Origin: Rhizophagus irregularis
Lineage: Eukaryota
Assembly: GCF_026210795.1 (NCBI RefSeq)
Contig: NC_089429.1
Location: 6,696,001-6,760,000, forward strand
Length of the DNA: 64,000 nt
Direction of reading: 5' to 3'
Shown here one piece after another: positions 1 to 11,707 of the stretch; position 1 is the first letter of the stretch, and each line of letters opens with the position of its first letter. Both the position numbers and the translations under genes were made by a program. The notes beneath the pieces were generated by a model that saw only the letters and a program-made list of their open reading frames with translations, did not search any database and had not been told where the DNA came from.

Positions 1-3000
1 GACTAAAAAGAATATAAGCAACACTGGGCATTTTTTTGAAAAAAATTGAATAATAACTTTAAGTAAATAAATGTCCAAGAAAAATAATTGACTGCCATTA
101 TCCCTTGTATTTAGTCATTTGGCATAGTTAATAATGCTTTATTAATTATTATAGGATAATAATACACCTCTCAGAGTTCTTTATTCTTTGAATTCTAATA
201 TTCTAATATTACTAAATTAAGATCCTTATTTGTATCACAGATTGATGTATTATTATTACAAAATGTGCTGAATATTAGAACACAATGGAAAATTATTTAT
301 ACAGGGTATTCTAAACAATCTTAGTTACCTTTCAATTCATTATGTCAGATTATAATAGTTGTATTTAATGTAGCTCAACTATATTACAAAATTTAGGTTG
401 AATAATGTAATTATATTTTCAAAGAATTTTAAATGGAAGAGAACTATATTTTTCAAAATTTATGATAATTATCTTTACATGAATTCCTAATAATGAAAAA
501 TTGTAAAAATCAGCTCAAATGTTTGGACTTCTATAGGAGTGTTACTGAATCACCTTATTAATTTATAAAATGAAAATTTTATTTATTCCCCTAATTACAT
601 TTAAAAATTTATTATTTCTATACCTGTTTTAGAGTTCTTCATTCTTAAAACTCTAATGAATAAGAAGTAAGATTTTTACTATCAAACTGCATATCATCCT
701 AAATGTAGTATAAGAATATATACATCAATTGCAAAAATTAAATAATTGTCTATTCTTGTAATTTTTCTTATTGTTGTCAATTTATATTATATTCAAAAAA
801 CAAAAAAATTACATTATAACAACTGAATAATAATCATTCAAGAAAAACTAAAAGTTTAGAAAATTCATGATTTTTAAAATTTTTCATATTGAAAATTTTT
901 TTATAACCCTTAAAAATTTGATTATTATTCACAATTTTAGTAAATAATATTATTAGTAAAATTCTATATAGTACTTATCAATAATGATATATAGTTAATT
1001 TTATGTTCAAATAATTTATTCAAATTGAAAAATCAAGAATTAATGAAAAAATAAAAAAAATCCATAATGCGTTTTTATTTACTTATTATTTTTACAATTA
1101 CTAATATTTGCTGATAGGATTATTATATTTACTAGGGTTTATATATATTAAAAAGTTCAATGAATGGTAATAGCAAGTAAAACATTTCCTATTTTTTTCT
1201 ATGAAAATTTCAGTAAATAAACAAGTAATTTATATTGAATTTTAAATTTATAGTTTTTCTAATTTAATAAGTAATGGCTAATAGTAGAAAATGTTACTAA
1301 AATTGCTACATTGCAGACAAAATGTTTTTTTTGTACTAAAATACCTCTAATCTAATATTATTTTTTTTTAAAAAAAAACTACCCATTTATAACAATCAGA
1401 TAAAAATAGATTTCTGATTCTTATTCACTAGTATTCCTTCTAGTTACATCTAAATATTTTTAATGATCCTTTACAAACTTTGTATAATTCATTTTAGCCA
1501 GACTGTTTAAGACTACTTTGCAATACATAATATACAAACCATATTAAAATACTCATTATTGGTCTTGTATGGACATTGTACAATAGTTAGTATAAAATTT
1601 ATCATATAATTTATCAACATATACAATTTAATAACAAATAATTAAATTTATTGTAAAATTTATTTAAAAATATTAAACTATTCTAAAATACTAAACTATT
1701 TTAAAAATAAAAGAAAAATGTCAAATGAAACATTTCTAATAAATAAATAAAATCACTCCCTTCTATTCAACCTACCTTTAAGTTGAAAAAATCAATGTTT
1801 TCTTTATCACTCATTCCCTTATTCAATATACCTTTAAGCCAATTCAATATCAAAGAGTAAATCCTACAAAATAAAGAAATTAGTTAAGTTTCTATAAGAA
1901 TTTCCGAGAAGTCAAAGTGGAAGACCTATATAATATAAAATCCAAACATTCAAGTCCGAAGTAGTTTCAATTGAGTCCTACAAAAATTACAGTCTAATCC
2001 AAGTAGCCGAAGTCAAAAAGACCTACAAAATAAAATCCAAGTGGCCAAAGTCAAGGGTACTAACTGAATCCACATGTCCAAGAGACCAAAGAAACATCTA
2101 CCAATAAAAAAGAACCATTAATAATAGTTTGTTAAAATAAATGAATTAAAGAAAACAAAAAAACTTTCAAAATCCACATACAATAAGCAGCCGTCTAATA
2201 AAAACCAAAAAAAAAAACTATGAATTGTTGAAAAAAATGACTTAATACCTTTCCAGTAGCTGAATCCAAAGTTCCTATGAAAAAAAAAAAAGTTAAAACC
2301 CATTTTTTAAAATTTCAAAATTTTCTTTCAAACTTGTATCTCATCTTCGTCCCTCTCTCACTCTTTCCTCCTCTCCCTATTTCTCATCTTTCTCATATTC
2401 ATTTACTTTAAATTAATTAATTAGTTAAATAATACTACTAACATAAAAGAATAATAAAATCATATTATTGTTATGGTATCGCCTAAAAAAAAAATAAATA
2501 AAAAATAACAAAACATAAGTTTAATTAAATAAAGATAAAAGAGACCCAACAAACCCACTGAAAACTCACCGAATCCATATTTCAGAAAAAATTTGTCAAG
2601 TTCTGAGTTTGGATTTAAAAATTGATCCTAATCTTTTAATAGCAATTTCAAAAATTTGTTTAAATCATTCAACTTTTATTATTTCAATACAAGAACTGAA
2701 GGTGATATGTTTAATTACTTAATCCGTGAATCAAATACTTATGAATTTTTTAATGGTATTAATCTTTGATTTTTTTTTTGTGTAAAAAGATTATATGTAT
2801 AGACAATTATTGTATTCGTTTAATAAATTTAAAAAAAAATTATAAATTTTATTTTATGAAAGTTTAATTTTCATATTGTTCATATACTTTCGTACAGTAC
2901 AGTGCAGTTTCTAGATCTACCATGTATTTGGCATAAGTGTTTCCAATTGACATTCTTGTATTAAGTTGTCAAAATCATTGTTTCCAGACGTTTAATTTGA

Positions 3001-3667
3001 AAATCTTGCTTTAACACAATATTCGTAATATACCTTCGTCAATAGAAAATAGGAAATAGTAATATTGGAAGAGTATGTTGCAGTGGTACGCAGTGGTAGT
3101 ACACTATACTATCTAATCTAATGGTCACCATATTTTTCTAATTAACATCATTTCAGAAAGCTTAACTAACTCTTTAAATTTAAATGTTTACAAACAAACT
3201 TAATATAATTAAATAAAGGCTTTTTGTATGAATTAATTATACCATATTATTTGTGAAATAATTATCTAGTAGGAATTTCCCTTTGAGTAATTTAATATTT
3301 CCAAGGATTTCTTCACAGAATTGGAATAATAGTCGTCCTCCAAAGAAGAATTAACGATATTGCTAGATGTCTTTTGATTTCTCAGCTTAAAAACTCCATC
3401 ATATAATTTCATCTTGTCTTAATCTGAAGTCCGTTGCCCAATTTCTGAATCGTATACTGTCTTCATCAGGTCGTTCTGATAATTTTTGCGAAATGGCCTC
3501 CGTATTTCTCTTTAAATTTTTTAATAATTAGATAATCGGCTATACTACTATACTTTTCCAGATCCAATTTTTAACAACTTGCCAGCTGTATCTGTTTTTG
3601 ATACCTTTTGAGGATAATCTAGTGTAAATCATTTTTTGCGATAGCTATATTTGATCCACTGTTTTTG

Positions 3668-3760
3668 CACCCCACTCGGGTGATCATCAAAGGATATAAC
3701 CTATGCACTTGTGACGTAAATAATAAGGTTATATCCTTTGATGATCACCCGAGTGGGGTG
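3668..3760. mobile_element. 93-bp hairpin MITE with perfect 35-bp TIRs and an 8-bp TSD
   Basis: caccccactcgggtgatcatcaaaggatataacct (3668-3702) is the exact reverse complement of 3726-3760. TGTTTTTG is duplicated at 3660-3667 and 3761-3768. Confidence 0.93.
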
Positions 3761-3880
3761 TGTTTTTGTATATTATTTCATGATATAATTTGGTGAAACG
3801 AGTTATAGCTCTAACGGTTTTGTATTTATATTGACGTTTAACAGAGAATTTTTCTACATATCCCACTCTTTTTAAACTTT

Positions 3881-4266
3881 ATTTATTTATTTATTTATTT
3901 TATTTTATTACTACAAGAGTGGTAGTACCAAAACTATTACTAGGAAACGGGAACCGTTGTAAGTCCAGAGCGAGGTATAATAATAAAGATGTAGCGATAT
4001 TCTACTAATTAGCAGCATAACGCCTTGGAATTCCTGGACAGAGAAACTCACGTGATTGAAAATTTACACGTTATTTCCATAGATCATCATAGTGCGTAAA
4101 CATATATAGTCCTTCGCTTCGCTCCGGACAACAAATAAAAGCGAGAAAACATTTACATGTCTATCAACTAATATACATGTATAGGATTCAGAACCTCATC
4201 CCTACGGGACCTCACCCTTTGGACAAACTATTCAAAGAACTAGGACTACGCTAATAAATCGAATGG
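3881..4266 (-). mobile_element. 5'-truncated non-LTR retrocopy (LINE 3' end or SINE-like) with a (TAAA)n tail
   Basis: 16-bp TSD actctttttaaacttt at 3865-3880 and 4267-4282. (ttta)n tract at 3881-3910. Removing it restores the host reading frame. Confidence 0.85.
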
Positions 4267-4624
4267 ACTCTTTTTAAACTTTCATATATTTCATCATCTT
4301 TCCAGCACAGAAAATCACATCACGTGAGACGTCAGCAAAAAATTATATCTAGCGTCACTGCGTCAGTAATCATCTGCATCATATGAATATTACTTAACGT
4401 TACATTCGTTACAACTGTAAAAAAAAAAATTTTTCCCTTTTTTTTCAAAAAAAAAAAAATTTAAAACTTTGTTATTACAAACTAGCTCATATTAAACACT
4501 TTTAACTCACTTTTATTACTTGTGTATTGTAAAGTTACAGGTATTTTGTACAGTTCATGATACATGAGTTTCTAAATTTTTTTTACTTTCACGTGTTTGT
4601 TTTTAACTTCAGGTTATAATTTCA

Positions 4625-5720
4625 TCACTTTAGCTAAATGAAATCAAATTTCTGCAGGATTGAAACTACTTGAATATTAATTTTCATGAGTGTAGGTGTA
4701 GTACTTGGAGAAAATTACATTTTTCTTAATGGTATTAACTTTATTTTCTGTTTTCTAATTTAGAGCGTAATATCTCCACTTTGGCCAAATAAAATTAACT
4801 TTCTTTATTAATTATAAGTTGTTCAGGCGGGTTGAAATTACTTGATTATTAATTTTCATAAGTGTAGGTATAGTACTTGGAGAAAATTGCATTTTTCTTG
4901 ATAATACTAACTTTCTTCTCTGTTTCTAATTTAAGTGTAATATCTTCACTTTGGCCAAATGAAATCAACTTCATTTATTAATTGGAAGTTGTTCAGGTGT
5001 GTTGAAACTACTTGAATATTAATTTTCATGAGTGTAGATATAGTGCTTGGAGAAAATTGTATTTTTCTTGATAATACTAACTTTCTTCTCTGTTTTTTAA
5101 TTTAGAGCGTAATATCTTCACTTTGACCAAATGAAATCAACTTTATTTATTAATTGAAAGTTGGTCAGGCGGGTTGAAACTACTTGAATATTAATTTCGT
5201 GAGTGTAGGTGTAGTACTTGGAGAAAATTACATTTTTCTTAATGGTATTAACTTTATTTTCTGTTTTCTAATTTAGAGCGTAATATCTCCACTTTGGCCA
5301 AATAAAATTAACTTTCTTTATTAATTGAAAGTTGTTCAGGCGGGTTAAAATTACTTGAATATTAATTTTCATGAGTGTAGGTATAGTACTTGGAGAAAAT
5401 TGCATTTTTCTTGATGATACTAACTTTCTTCTCTGTTTTCTAATTTAGAGCGTAATATCTTCACTTTAGCCAAATGAAATCAACTTTATTTATTAATTGG
5501 AAGTTGTTCAGGTGGGTTGAAACTACTCGAATATTAATTTTTATGAGTGTAGGTGTAGTACTTGGAGAAAATTGCATTTTTCTTGATGATATTAACTTTC
5601 TTCTCTGTTTTTCTAATTTAGAGCATAATATCTTCACTTTGGCAAATGAAATCAACTTACTTTATTAATTGAAAGTTGTTCAGCAGGGTTAAAACTATTT
5701 GAATGATAATTTTCATAAGA
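4625..5720 (+). repeat. Tandem array of about 6 monomers of 170-172 bp with trimeric higher-order structure
   Basis: Anchor gagaaaatt at 4708, 4880, 5050, 5221, 5393 and 5565. Monomers 1 and 4 share diagnostic variants, as do monomers 2 and 5. Confidence 0.95.
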
Positions 5721-7469
5721 TTTCATTTTTTTGTAGCTGTATTAACTTTGGAACACTTATTACAACTTATGTGTATTTATTTTAAATGTTAAAAATTAAT
5801 TTATATTATTAGCTAATTAAAATTACATGATACTAGGGATTTGTTTTATTTTTATATTTTTATATTCAATTTAATAATTTAATAAAATATTATTAATTAA
5901 AATCAATTTATATAAATGCAACTAATATTAATAATTGTAATTTAAGCAGTAAATTCATGTAAATTTTAAGCTCAAATTATGTAAATTCTGTGATCAAATC
6001 AATATAAATACAAATTATGTCAAATCATGCAAATGATGCATTTTGTAATATGGAATTGTGCATTTTCCTGCATTCCTATATAGATTAGATAAATTATTTT
6101 TAAGAAAAATTAAAAACGTGTCCAATTTTTTATAAGGTCTAATTATAATAAAATTTATTATTCAATGTAATTTCCGCAAAATTTGACCACAAGCCCAGTA
6201 ATAAATTCGCGGCTTATGCCAAAATTCCGCTCATCGCTCAATAATACCGCAGTAAGCCCAAAAAATCCAATCAGAAATTTTAAAATTTGTTAAATGGACT
6301 GAAAATATAAAGAAAAAATTTCACAGCAATTCATTTTACATAATAAAATAAACTATTATTTTATAATAATAATCAATCATCTTTCTTAAAAATTATGTAA
6401 ACTCTAGTTTCACATTTAATAAAAAAAATTTAAAAAAGTTCACATCCGCAAATATTGCAAAATTATGCGCATAAGAACCTATTAAAACATTAAGAAACGT
6501 ATTGCGCATGATCAATGTATACAATTTAATCAAAATTCTACGTTCAAGTTTATATAATTCTGTATTACATTTAATATCTTCGATCATCAAATTCGCGCTC
6601 AGGCGTCATTATTCAACGCTCAATGTAACTCTCCTTTAATTAAATTTCTGATTTTATCATCACAAAACAAATTATGGTCTCAAGATATTCAAAAAATTTT
6701 ATCTTTTTTTTCGTTCCCAATTAAAAATTTCAATAGAATAGAATCTTTAATGTGCATCTTTCAATATTATTCTTTATCTTTTCCTTTAATTTTTCTTACA
6801 AAAAGAGGTCAAATTCCTTTAAGCAATTTTATTGCTGACCAAAAAAAAAAAATTTCATATATTAATAGTTTAAAAAACAAGAACATTATGTTTTTAGATC
6901 AAATTATCTCAGTGAATGAACACTTTCTACTACAGTGAAAAGAAATTAAACAATCTTTACGATGTAAAAAAGGTAGACAACCTGGACAGTACGAATTCTT
7001 ACTCGATAGCATAGTTTTAAACTTCACCATTGACACACTTATAGTACAAAACCCACGAACCAAAAAACCATCGATACCTAACGGCTCAGATCAACCTACA
7101 CCTTCCATGATTTTCTATCAGTGGTAATGAAGTAAACCGACCCTAATTATCAACGGAAAAAGCACAATACGTATCTGATTCTTTCTTATTTATAATGAGA
7201 CTTAACCAATCAAAGTTTTGGCCCAATTTTCATTTTTTTTCCAACCACACAAACCAATCAGATTACAGTCGAACTTTCTTGAGAATTTTAATTAGCGATG
7301 GCGCTGCTGAAACATACAGCCTCTGACCCCTTAATCAAGAATTATTTTTCAATCACGCAAACCAACATTTATTCCAAATTACCATTAATTTTTTCAAATT
7401 ATAAAAACCGAGGGCCTTTTTTTTAGTTTGTTTTGGACATTGAATAAGGAAGGCTTATAACTATTTTAC

Positions 7470-7850
7470 CGGGTGTCCGGACTTTCGGCGAAGTTCATTT
7501 TACCGAAACCCATTTCGCCGAGGCCATTCGCCAAATGGACATTTCGCCGAGGAATTATTTATTCCATTTGGTTATTTTATTGTTTTTATACTAAATACAT
7601 AAAGAAGTGTTTTTTAGAAAAATTTTTGAATTAGTTCATTGTTTATAATATATTAATAGCCTTCTTTTTCTTACTTTTTCGTAAATAAATATTTTCAGGA
7701 AAATAAAGTTTTTATTTATTTCTTAACAATCAATATCAATTACTTGAATGTTAATAATATCCTGGAAAAAAAAAATCTCAAAAATAATTTAATTTTTATT
7801 TTCGTTGCGCGATGAATATTTTTTGTTAAAATGTTAATCGCTACCATTTT
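7470..7850 (+). mobile_element. Truncated copy of a MITE-like repeat with catttcgccga subterminal repeats
   Basis: Collinear with 10849-11240 (tccggacttt...attatttattccatt...gttaatcgctaccatttt). Lacks the right-end repeats. Confidence 0.75.
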
Positions 7851-8484
7851 GTTAATATTTACTTACGAAACATACTATGTCGATCATGTAAGGTGGTAAC
7901 AAAACACATACTCTATTTTTTTGCTAAAAATTTTATTAAAGTTCTGATCAGTGATGTCACGCGATTGCTAATCATATCGATTTTTTTTGTCACCGTCTTA
8001 CAACCAGACACTTTGAATAGCGGAAATATTGACCCAAAGCCATACATAACATATTATCCTCTTAACTAACCTCATGATGGAGGCAATTTTTTAAGAAGGG
8101 ACTAATTATTATACATCGGATACAAATATAATGTGAAGGAATAAAAAGTATTAATGGATCTCCAAATATCGTGTTTCACAAATTTCTTAAGGCGTGATCT
8201 GATGCCTGATTAATAGTTATGATAATGTTCTTAATAAATTTAATTTAAAATATATTTATTATAAATCAACTGATTTTATTTAAATTTAAGTAAATTTACA
8301 ACGATAAGAAATGAAATTATTTTCAAAATTTTTGTGAGAGAGATTTAATAATATATCAGCAATAGATCATGTGAAACGTTCGAATTTCGTGTTTGTGTGA
8401 CAGAATTTGCGCCATAAATAGGAATAAACCTTTCGGATTAAAAAAAAATTTTTTTTACCTCTTTCTCTTTTTTTTTTACGAAAT

Positions 8485-10155
8485 ATGTCGCGAAACCAAG
8501 ATATCACCAGTACAGTAAATTTACCAGTTGACTGTATATATGAAATTATTCAGTATGTTGTTCACGATGTTAAAACTTTATATTCATGTGTCGTTTTAAA
8601 TCAAGATTTTTTTCAAGTTGTTGCACGTGTACTTTGGAAAAACCCATTTAAATATATTAAACAAGATGAGACGAAAAAAGCTCTCATCTTTCGAACATAT
8701 TTTTCCTGTCTTGATGATCAAGAAAAAGAACAGGTCACGACATTCTTTAACTCCGTTTTTGACTTTCCCAAACCTTTTATTAATTATCCAAGCTTTCTTC
8801 AAGAATTTGAAATATTCAATATACAAACATCAATGAGGTCTTTTCTTTATCAATATTATTCTGCTACAACTACGGAGAATAAAATTAATAGTATTGTTCA
8901 TATTCTTAACCCTTTTATGGAAAAGTTGTTTTTTAACGCTCAAAGCAATTTTAAATACGTGAGTGTTGATTTGAATGATGAAAAAAATCAGATAGACATG
9001 AGTTCATTTGATAATAGGATTCTTTGTCATATTCTATCAAATATCAACAAATTTACCTTTGGATTTGGGTTTAAATTCGATGTAAAAATAATGGAAATTT
9101 TAAAATTTATTCAAGAGAATGCAACAAAACTTACTGAAATCATTTCTGATTATAATAAAAACATAAACCATGTTCGATTAACATTTACGAAGAAAGAATT
9201 TAAACAACAAAAATTTAAAAAACTTAATCCTAAATTTAATGATTTATTGGATATTTTAAATTCTTTCATTATTTCGTTGGATAATTTGAAATCATTGGAA
9301 ATACCTTGTTTTGTGAAGAATGAGAATTTTGCTAAAAAGCATTCTCATTCTTTAACTCATTTAAAATTACATGAAATTCGTAATTTTAACATAATTGTTA
9401 GTATATTGGATCATTGTTTAAATCTGGAAACAATTGAACTTGTTAATTTTCACTGTAATAAAAATACTGATATTACAGAATTAGATAAACCCATTAATTC
9501 AAAATTTAAAAATCTCAAGAATTTTCATATTACAATCTCCTATTTTTCTGTTCTCACTCTATTCAAAAGAATTATTATAATGTCGGATTATGACCTCAAA
9601 ACCCTTTATTATGATAAATATATTATTCATTCTAATGTTAATAAGTTTACAAAATCAATTTGGCCTTTTTGTACAAATATAACTCATCTTTTTATTAGAA
9701 TATTTCAAAATGATCTTTGTACTATCGTTTCATTTTTGAAAAGTTTGAATTATCTTGTTTTCTTAAAATTGGATTGGGATAATTATCTTGGAACTGATCA
9801 AATTGTTGATTTGGCTCATTCATTTTCTTCTTCCTTACAAATTTTGGAAATCTTGGAGATTGATTCATCTATGATGATTGAAATTTTGGGTGATTTATTT
9901 CGTAATATGCAATGTCATCTCAGGGAAATCAGTATTCGTATGGATTCTAGTATTAATGATGATATATTAGAAATAATCATAGCTTATGCTAGACGGAAAA
10001 ATTCCTTAATAGTTTTTAGATACTTAAATATACCCTCATACCGTTATTATTATCCCCAAGTTTCAAGACGTATTTTAGAAGAAGCCAAAAGCTTATTTAC
10101 AATTGATGATAATCCCGAACCTTTTAAAAGAAGTTTTATTGAACCAATTTTCTAA
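8485..10155 (+). CDS. F-box-like / RNI-type leucine-rich repeat protein (556 aa)
   Basis: N-terminal LPVDCIYEIIQYV...TLYSCVVLNQDFFQVVARVLWKNPF and PFINYPSFLQ motifs. Leucine-rich repeats such as LTHLKL, CLNLETIEL and CTNITHLFI. Uninterrupted ORF. Confidence 0.85.
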   Translation: MSRNQDITSTVNLPVDCIYEIIQYVVHDVKTLYSCVVLNQDFFQVVARVLWKNPFKYIKQDETKKALIFRTYFSCLDDQEKEQVTTFFNSVFDFPKPFINYPSFLQEFEIFNIQTSMRSFLYQYYSATTTENKINSIVHILNPFMEKLFFNAQSNFKYVSVDLNDEKNQIDMSSFDNRILCHILSNINKFTFGFGFKFDVKIMEILKFIQENATKLTEIISDYNKNINHVRLTFTKKEFKQQKFKKLNPKFNDLLDILNSFIISLDNLKSLEIPCFVKNENFAKKHSHSLTHLKLHEIRNFNIIVSILDHCLNLETIELVNFHCNKNTDITELDKPINSKFKNLKNFHITISYFSVLTLFKRIIIMSDYDLKTLYYDKYIIHSNVNKFTKSIWPFCTNITHLFIRIFQNDLCTIVSFLKSLNYLVFLKLDWDNYLGTDQIVDLAHSFSSSLQILEILEIDSSMMIEILGDLFRNMQCHLREISIRMDSSINDDILEIIIAYARRKNSLIVFRYLNIPSYRYYYPQVSRRILEEAKSLFTIDDNPEPFKRSFIEPIF

Positions 10156-10243
10156 ATTTGATGAATTTGTCATATTAGTGTATGTATTGCAGATTATCTT
10201 TTATTTGCGATATTGATAGATATTGATATGAATATTTTAGAGT

Positions 10244-10492
10244 AGGAATATATTGAAATTTTTGAAAATAGTGCTGGAAACAAAATTATATGGTTACCAT
10301 GTCCTCAATTTACTTGTTATTTTTCTATTTTGTTATGTATTAAATTGATAAATTTTTGTACTCCTTTTGCCAGGGAATATATTGAAATCTATTGAAAATA
10401 GTCGTGAAAATAAAATTATATGGTTACCATGTCCTCAATTACAGTGTCTTATTATTTTTCTATTATGTTATGTATTAAATTGATAAAATTTT
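10244..10492 (+). repeat. Two-copy ~125-bp direct duplication downstream of the F-box gene
   Basis: ggaatatattgaaat...aaaattatatggttaccatgtcctcaatt...tgtattaaattgataaa occurs at ~10244 and ~10373. Confidence 0.85.
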
Positions 10493-10848
10493 ACAATAAA
10501 TGCTAATAGGTAATTTTGGCTAAACTGATAAATCGTCGACCTAGTTTTGTGAAAAAATTTTGTTAATATTAAATTTTAAATAAAAATACCGACCGCCAGC
10601 CCAAAATTTTGATTCCATGAAACGAGAGCCAATTTTTAACAATGTGTCGCCGCAACTAATTTTAATACCGTTGGTTAATTTCAAATCAAAATTCTTTCTT
10701 AATAAAAGATGTCAAAGAAAAATTAAATGATATTTTTTACTTTCGTGTTTAAATTGGAACTGAATAAAAAAACCCATAATAATAAATTTAACACCTTAAA
10801 ATTGCTAAACTGAGCCTTTTTACTACTTTCTAAGAGCATAATAAAACT

Positions 10849-11413
10849 CGGTATCCGGACTTTTCTCCGAAGTCCATTTCACCGAAATCCATTTCTCGAA
10901 TGGACATTTCGCCGAATGGACATTTCTTCGAAAAATTATTTATTCCATTAGGTTATTTTATTTGTTTTTATAATAAAAGAAATCATTTCTAGATAAATTT
11001 TGAATTAGCTGATTTTATTTAAATTTACCTCGTTATTTATAATATACATTAATCTTTTTTTTTACTTTATTTTCCTGAAAACATTTATCCATTTATTTAT
11101 TTATTGCTTAACAATTAATATCAGTTACTTGAATGTTGAAGTAATAATATCCTGGAAAAAAAATCGCTAAAATTAAGTTAATTTTTATTTTCATTGCGCG
11201 ATGAATATTTTTTGTAAAAATGTTAATCGCTACCATTTTTCGGCGAAATGTCCATCTGGCGAAATGGAATTCGGCGAAATGGACGATTCGGTGAAATGAA
11301 TTTGATAAAATACACTTTCGGTGAAACGTCCTTTCGGTGAAACTTCCCTTCGGTGAGACATCACTTTGGCGGAGAAATGGCTTCGGCAAATGGGTTTCGA
11401 TGAAATTATACCG
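10849..11413. mobile_element. MITE-like element with mirrored ttcgccga/tcggcgaa subterminal repeats
   Basis: Termini cggtat...ataccg. Left arm carries catttcgccga repeats and right arm carries ttcggcgaaatg repeats. No TSD found. Confidence 0.75.
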
Positions 11414-11707
11414 TTATATCGAGATTCCGGTATACCGAATCTCGCTGTGTAGAAAGAATTGTGCAAGTACAAGGCTTTAATGGAAGGAACGTGATTTAGG
11501 TGTCAGAGTCATAAATAAAGCATTCAATGTACTCAGAAAAGATTACGATCAATGATGACGCAAAAACCAACTACAATCATGTGATTCAGTTCAACTCTAG
11601 ACCAAATAACAACAGTACAAATGGTCAATATCAGAATTCTAGACAGACCAGCAGTGATAATACCGTAAACCCGTTCTTATCGCCCAACTAGATACCTAAC
11701 AATAATT

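Larger units (their letters stand above)
2770..4305 (-). mobile_element. Degenerate LINE ORF1-like (RRM-type) retroelement relic with a downstream poly(A), interrupted by a MITE and a retrocopy
   Basis: Removing the inserts at 3668-3760 and 3881-4266 (plus one TSD each) gives the minus-strand read WKDDEIYESLKRVGYVEKFSVKRQYKYKTVRAITRFTK. This parallels WTQLELLQHLEKWGYVIAFKTKR at ~54.6 kb. A T-run at 2770-2779 lies downstream. Many stops. Confidence 0.65.

Noticed and set aside
4625..5720. CRISPR-like array or repeat-protein gene (ORFs 5461-5655 and 5474-5668)
   Set aside because: No unique spacers, and monomer lengths of 170-172 bp break frame, so the ORFs are incidental.
4306..5992. CACAG...CTGTG termini as the boundary of the first satellite element
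   Set aside because: No TSD, and subterminal repeats continue beyond 5992, so the ends are unresolved.
8596..8836. Short ORFs overlapping the F-box gene
   Set aside because: Shadow frames of the 556-aa CDS.
11108..11472. ORFs of 93 and 80 aa
   Set aside because: They are translations of MITE subterminal repeats.
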